Shown: positions 60,949 to 64,000 of the stretch, piece after piece
Numbering within the stretch: position 1 is the stretch's first letter
How the letters are laid out: each line of letters starts with the position of its first letter
DNA from: Candidatus Helarchaeota archaeon
Lineage (GTDB): Archaea; Asgardarchaeota; Lokiarchaeia; Helarchaeales; RDOG01
Length of the DNA stretch: 64,000 nucleotides
NCBI GenBank assembly: GCA_019058315.1
Contig: JAHPZH010000001.1
Location: forward strand, 1,041,432-1,105,431
Reading direction: 5' to 3'
The notes under the pieces: generated by a model
Told to the model about the DNA's origin: nothing
The model's input: the letters and a program-made list of their open reading frames with translations, nothing else
Databases searched by the model: none
Translations under genes and position numbers: made by a program

Positions 60949-61740
60949 TTAACCTAATTTTTCAGATACTAATAAGGATTTCTCTAGTAAACTCTTCAGA
61001 TCTTCTGTCTTTGTTGCAACTGTTTCGATTTTTTCAATTTTTATTGGTTTTCCAGCTAATGTATCTTCGATTAATGTTTCTACTTTTTCTCTAAACTCAT
61101 CCACCAATTCATTTTCATCGATTTTTTTATCTGCCAGAGATTCTATTAATTTTAATCCGAGATCTATTTCGTCCTTGCTTAATTTTTCTTCTTTAAGTTC
61201 TGGAACTTGTACAATTTCATCTGGATAATAAAGGTTTATTAGGTTCAAAACATTTTTAAAAGGCTTAATAATACCCAAATGGGTCTTGTTCCTAACAGTA
61301 TACTTTACCAGTGCGCACCTACCGCTTTTTTCTAATGTTTCTCTAAACAATGTAAATGTTTTGGTATATTTTCCATCCGGGACCAAGTAATATTGACTAT
61401 CAAATCCTCTAGAATCAATATCTTCGATTTTTTTATATCCAAGAATTTCGATATTTTCTGTATTTAAATCTTCAATGTTTTTAAGGATTTCTTTATCAAA
61501 AACCAACATTTCATCTGCTACTTGATATCCCTTTTTAAATTCTTTATACTCATACTCTCTATTACAATCTGGGCAAAAATACTTATTTTTAATAGCATGT
61601 CCTTCTGAACAAACCCTTTTAAAACTTATAGATTTACTTCTTCTTAAGGTAACTGCCTTTACGGGTATATTTACCAATCCAAATTGCAAATTCACCGTAA
61701 ATAGTGCTTTAGCACCTTTAGTTTTAGCTTTTTTCGGCAT
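60949..61740 (-). CDS. ku: Prokaryotic-type Ku protein
   Basis: LQFGLVNIPVK, KGYQV, YYLVPD, LYYPDEI, DEFRE, DLKSLLEKSL; GGAGG upstream. Confidence 0.93.
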   Translation of the reverse strand: MPKKAKTKGAKALFTVNLQFGLVNIPVKAVTLRRSKSISFKRVCSEGHAIKNKYFCPDCNREYEYKEFKKGYQVADEMLVFDKEILKNIEDLNTENIEILGYKKIEDIDSRGFDSQYYLVPDGKYTKTFTLFRETLEKSGRCALVKYTVRNKTHLGIIKPFKNVLNLINLYYPDEIVQVPELKEEKLSKDEIDLGLKLIESLADKKIDENELVDEFREKVETLIEDTLAGKPIKIEKIETVATKTEDLKSLLEKSLLVSEKLG

Positions 61741-61858
61741 TTGTTTTCCTCCATTAAAAATTGATTTGAAAATTAAACATTATTAAGAGTTTTTACATGT
61801 TATTATAAAATTCTATCTTTAATTCTTATTTATTATTTATTTTTTTTAATATGAATTA

Positions 61859-62923
61859 CTATTTTTTGGCTTCTATGACTCTTTTACCAATTTTACAAAT
61901 TCTTTTTGCAATGTCTGATATTTTAGTTTCACTTAATGACTTTAACTTAGTTTTAAAAATGTCATTTATAGGTTCTTTCCACTTTTTAGGAATCCTTGAT
62001 TCACCAATAGATGTCCCTATAATAGCTCCTATGTTACCACAATTACAATCGGTATCGTAGCCACACATTCCAGCTATACAGATCGATTTACCCAAATCTC
62101 CATTTCCATAAAGTAGGGCAAGAATAATTATACCTATATTTGGCAAAACATGAACTCCATGAAGATTTTTATCTTGTAACATATTGAGCCGTTTGGGATC
62201 TTTAGCTTGTTTTATTAATTCATCTCTTGTTTCTTTCCAATATTTAATAATTTTCTCCCTTGCATCTCGCCAATTATCGTGTTGATTGTTTAATCTTATT
62301 GCTTTATCAATAAAACCAAAATATAAACTATTTTTAGGGATTGTTTTAATGGCAGCATCTATTAGTTTTTTTGGATCAGTCTCGTAAAATGCGGCAGAAA
62401 CGATTCTTGATATAAAAATTTCTCCAAGTATACCCTCTCCATTATGAGAAATTTCTGCATCCATCCTTCCATATTTTTCAGCAATATCTAGTTGCCCAGG
62501 AGCTATTAGTCCCCATATTTCACCTCTCATTTGTGCACCAATAAAATCTGAAAAAATGTTATTTTGAGCTCCAGAATCAGGTGGAAAGATCCCATTTTTT
62601 AAATTTTTAAAAGCCACATCCTCAGCGGTATACATATTTGTATATAATTCTTTTAACCACATTTCAGCAATATTTTTTGAGTTTAAACCAATTCCATATT
62701 TCTCGAGAGCCATCAAACCGACTATTTCAAACATTTCGTCATCATTAATAACACCCTTTCGATAAATTTTTACAAAATTATTAATTTCCCCATATTTTTT
62801 TTGAATAAATTTATAAGGGCGCATTTCTAGAGGCATTCCAAGGTAACTGCCTATACATTTACCATAAAATCCCCCATAAACTTTGTCATAATATATAGAA
62901 TCATCTAGTGGTTTTAAATTCAT
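61859..62923 (-). CDS. ADP-ribosylglycohydrolase family protein
   Basis: G..LG.P.E, NDDE, IGAQMRGE, SH.GEG, GYDTDCN. Confidence 0.88.
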   Translation of the reverse strand: MNLKPLDDSIYYDKVYGGFYGKCIGSYLGMPLEMRPYKFIQKKYGEINNFVKIYRKGVINDDEMFEIVGLMALEKYGIGLNSKNIAEMWLKELYTNMYTAEDVAFKNLKNGIFPPDSGAQNNIFSDFIGAQMRGEIWGLIAPGQLDIAEKYGRMDAEISHNGEGILGEIFISRIVSAAFYETDPKKLIDAAIKTIPKNSLYFGFIDKAIRLNNQHDNWRDAREKIIKYWKETRDELIKQAKDPKRLNMLQDKNLHGVHVLPNIGIIILALLYGNGDLGKSICIAGMCGYDTDCNCGNIGAIIGTSIGESRIPKKWKEPINDIFKTKLKSLSETKISDIAKRICKIGKRVIEAKK

Positions 62924-62970
62924 GATAAAAAATCCTAAAGTTATTAAAAAATAATTAAAAAAATAAAAAA

Positions 62971-63636
62971 TTAGAGATTTTGTGAGGTATTTGCTTCCTC
63001 ATCAGCAACCTCAGTTAGAAGTGCTATATATGTTTTGTTTGCTGCTGACATTTTCGCTAATACACCTTTAAACATAGGACTGAATTCGGAATTAAATTCT
63101 GCCCAGATTTCATCAAAACGATTTTTAGATCCTTTTAATTTATCTTCAGCAACTTTATATTGAGATTCCTTTCCAGATAACTCTGTTTCTTTTTTTGGTA
63201 TCTTTTCGGTCTGGCCTTTTTCTTGCATTTTAGCTATATCTTTTTTTAAATCATTTACTTTATTTTTTAACTTTCTAGTTTCTTTTGCAAATGAATTTAA
63301 CTCTTTAATAGCATCATTTAATATTTCAGATTTCTCAACAATCTGTTTTAAAACCAGAACAACATTATTAGTTAAACTAGTAACTAGGGATTTTTGTCCA
63401 TCGATTAAAGTTTCATATTTTTGTGCAAGACCATAAGCAGGAGATTGTGTTTCATCTTCAGATGTTTTTTCTGCATAATCTTTTAATTTTTTAGCAATCT
63501 TCTTTAAGTGTTTCTCATATTTGCCATGGATATCGACTATTTCCTCATATTCGTTTTCTAAATCTTTAAAAATCTTGTGCATTTCATTTTCTACGTCTGC
63601 ACCTTTCTCAATCAACTCATCAAGATCGATTATCAA
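62971..63636 (-). CDS. All-helical protein with BAR-domain-like architecture
   Basis: 221 aa, three long amphipathic helices with a Lys-rich tip. Confidence 0.55.
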   Translation of the reverse strand: MIIDLDELIEKGADVENEMHKIFKDLENEYEEIVDIHGKYEKHLKKIAKKLKDYAEKTSEDETQSPAYGLAQKYETLIDGQKSLVTSLTNNVVLVLKQIVEKSEILNDAIKELNSFAKETRKLKNKVNDLKKDIAKMQEKGQTEKIPKKETELSGKESQYKVAEDKLKGSKNRFDEIWAEFNSEFSPMFKGVLAKMSAANKTYIALLTEVADEEANTSQNL

Positions 63637-63796
63637 AATTTTTCACCTTTTTTATAATTATTTTTAAAATTATTTATTTTCTTATTTATGAATTTCTTAA
63701 TTTAATACCTCTAATATTTCGGTGAAAATTATTAAAGATAATGTTTTAATATTAACTTTCAATTTAGTGAACAAATTTTAGTGTTGGTTTGAATTT

Positions 63797-64000
63797 ATGG
63801 TCTGGAAAAGTAATATTACGACTGAAGAAGCTAATGAAATCATTTACATAATGTCGGAAAATTTTAGAAAGGGACTAATGGGCAGATCTGTTGTTGAATC
63901 TCAGCTGTTTCCAGTTAATAATTATATTTGTATTGCATGTCATCAATTATATGACCAAACATTTGCATATAATATTCTAAAAAAAATTGTTGATAATGGC
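63797..64000 (+). CDS. Hypothetical protein (partial, runs off right edge)
   Basis: ATG 63797: MVWKSNITTEEANEIIYIMSENFRKGLMGRSVVESQLFPVNNYICIACHQLYD..., open to the end. Confidence 0.65.
   Translation, partial: MVWKSNITTEEANEIIYIMSENFRKGLMGRSVVESQLFPVNNYICIACHQLYDQTFAYNILKKIVDNG

Noticed and set aside
7047-62060. Numerous 60-120 aa ORFs nested in or antisense to long genes (e.g. 7047, 7500, 21979, 33637, 34856, 36540, 50116, 54476, 60413, 61851)
   Set aside because: Shadow ORFs overlapping well-supported CDSs, with no motifs
57771-62923. Provirus or mobile element carrying Ku and ligase
   Set aside because: No integrase, transposase, capsid genes, att repeats or tRNA target visible; horizontal origin remains possible

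Overview
AT-rich, gene-dense archaeal chromosomal segment, most likely from an Asgard archaeon (Lokiarchaeia/Helarchaeales-like). This placement is inferred from rpl35ae, cofE, short histones, GGTGA/GGAG Shine-Dalgarno sites with many TTG starts, and several eukaryote-signature-like proteins (longin, uDENN-like, Bet3/V4R, BAR-like, degenerate Rab-like). Housekeeping and metabolic genes include a LarA-family protein, thiolase plus DUF35, two acyl-CoA synthetases, folP-cofE, purH, GH4 melA and tandem Fe-S proteins. I saw no rRNA, tRNA, CRISPR array or transposase/integrase. Best leads: (1) an unannotated intergenic RNA at 56837-56944 with a canonical bulge-helix-bulge enclosing a box C/D guide complementary to LSU rRNA helix 69, predicting 2'-O-methylation of the A1913 equivalent (yeast Am2256); (2) a Ku + minimal ATP-dependent ligase + beta-CASP nuclease run preceded by an ADP-ribosylglycohydrolase, resembling NHEJ; (3) a MoxR/HEXXH-vWA/adenylate-ligase cluster followed by two radical SAM genes; (4) HTH regulators fused to membrane-trafficking-type domains; (5) tandem alpha3-truncated histones sharing an identical 19-bp promoter element. 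All family calls come from motif recognition by eye; no database searches were run.
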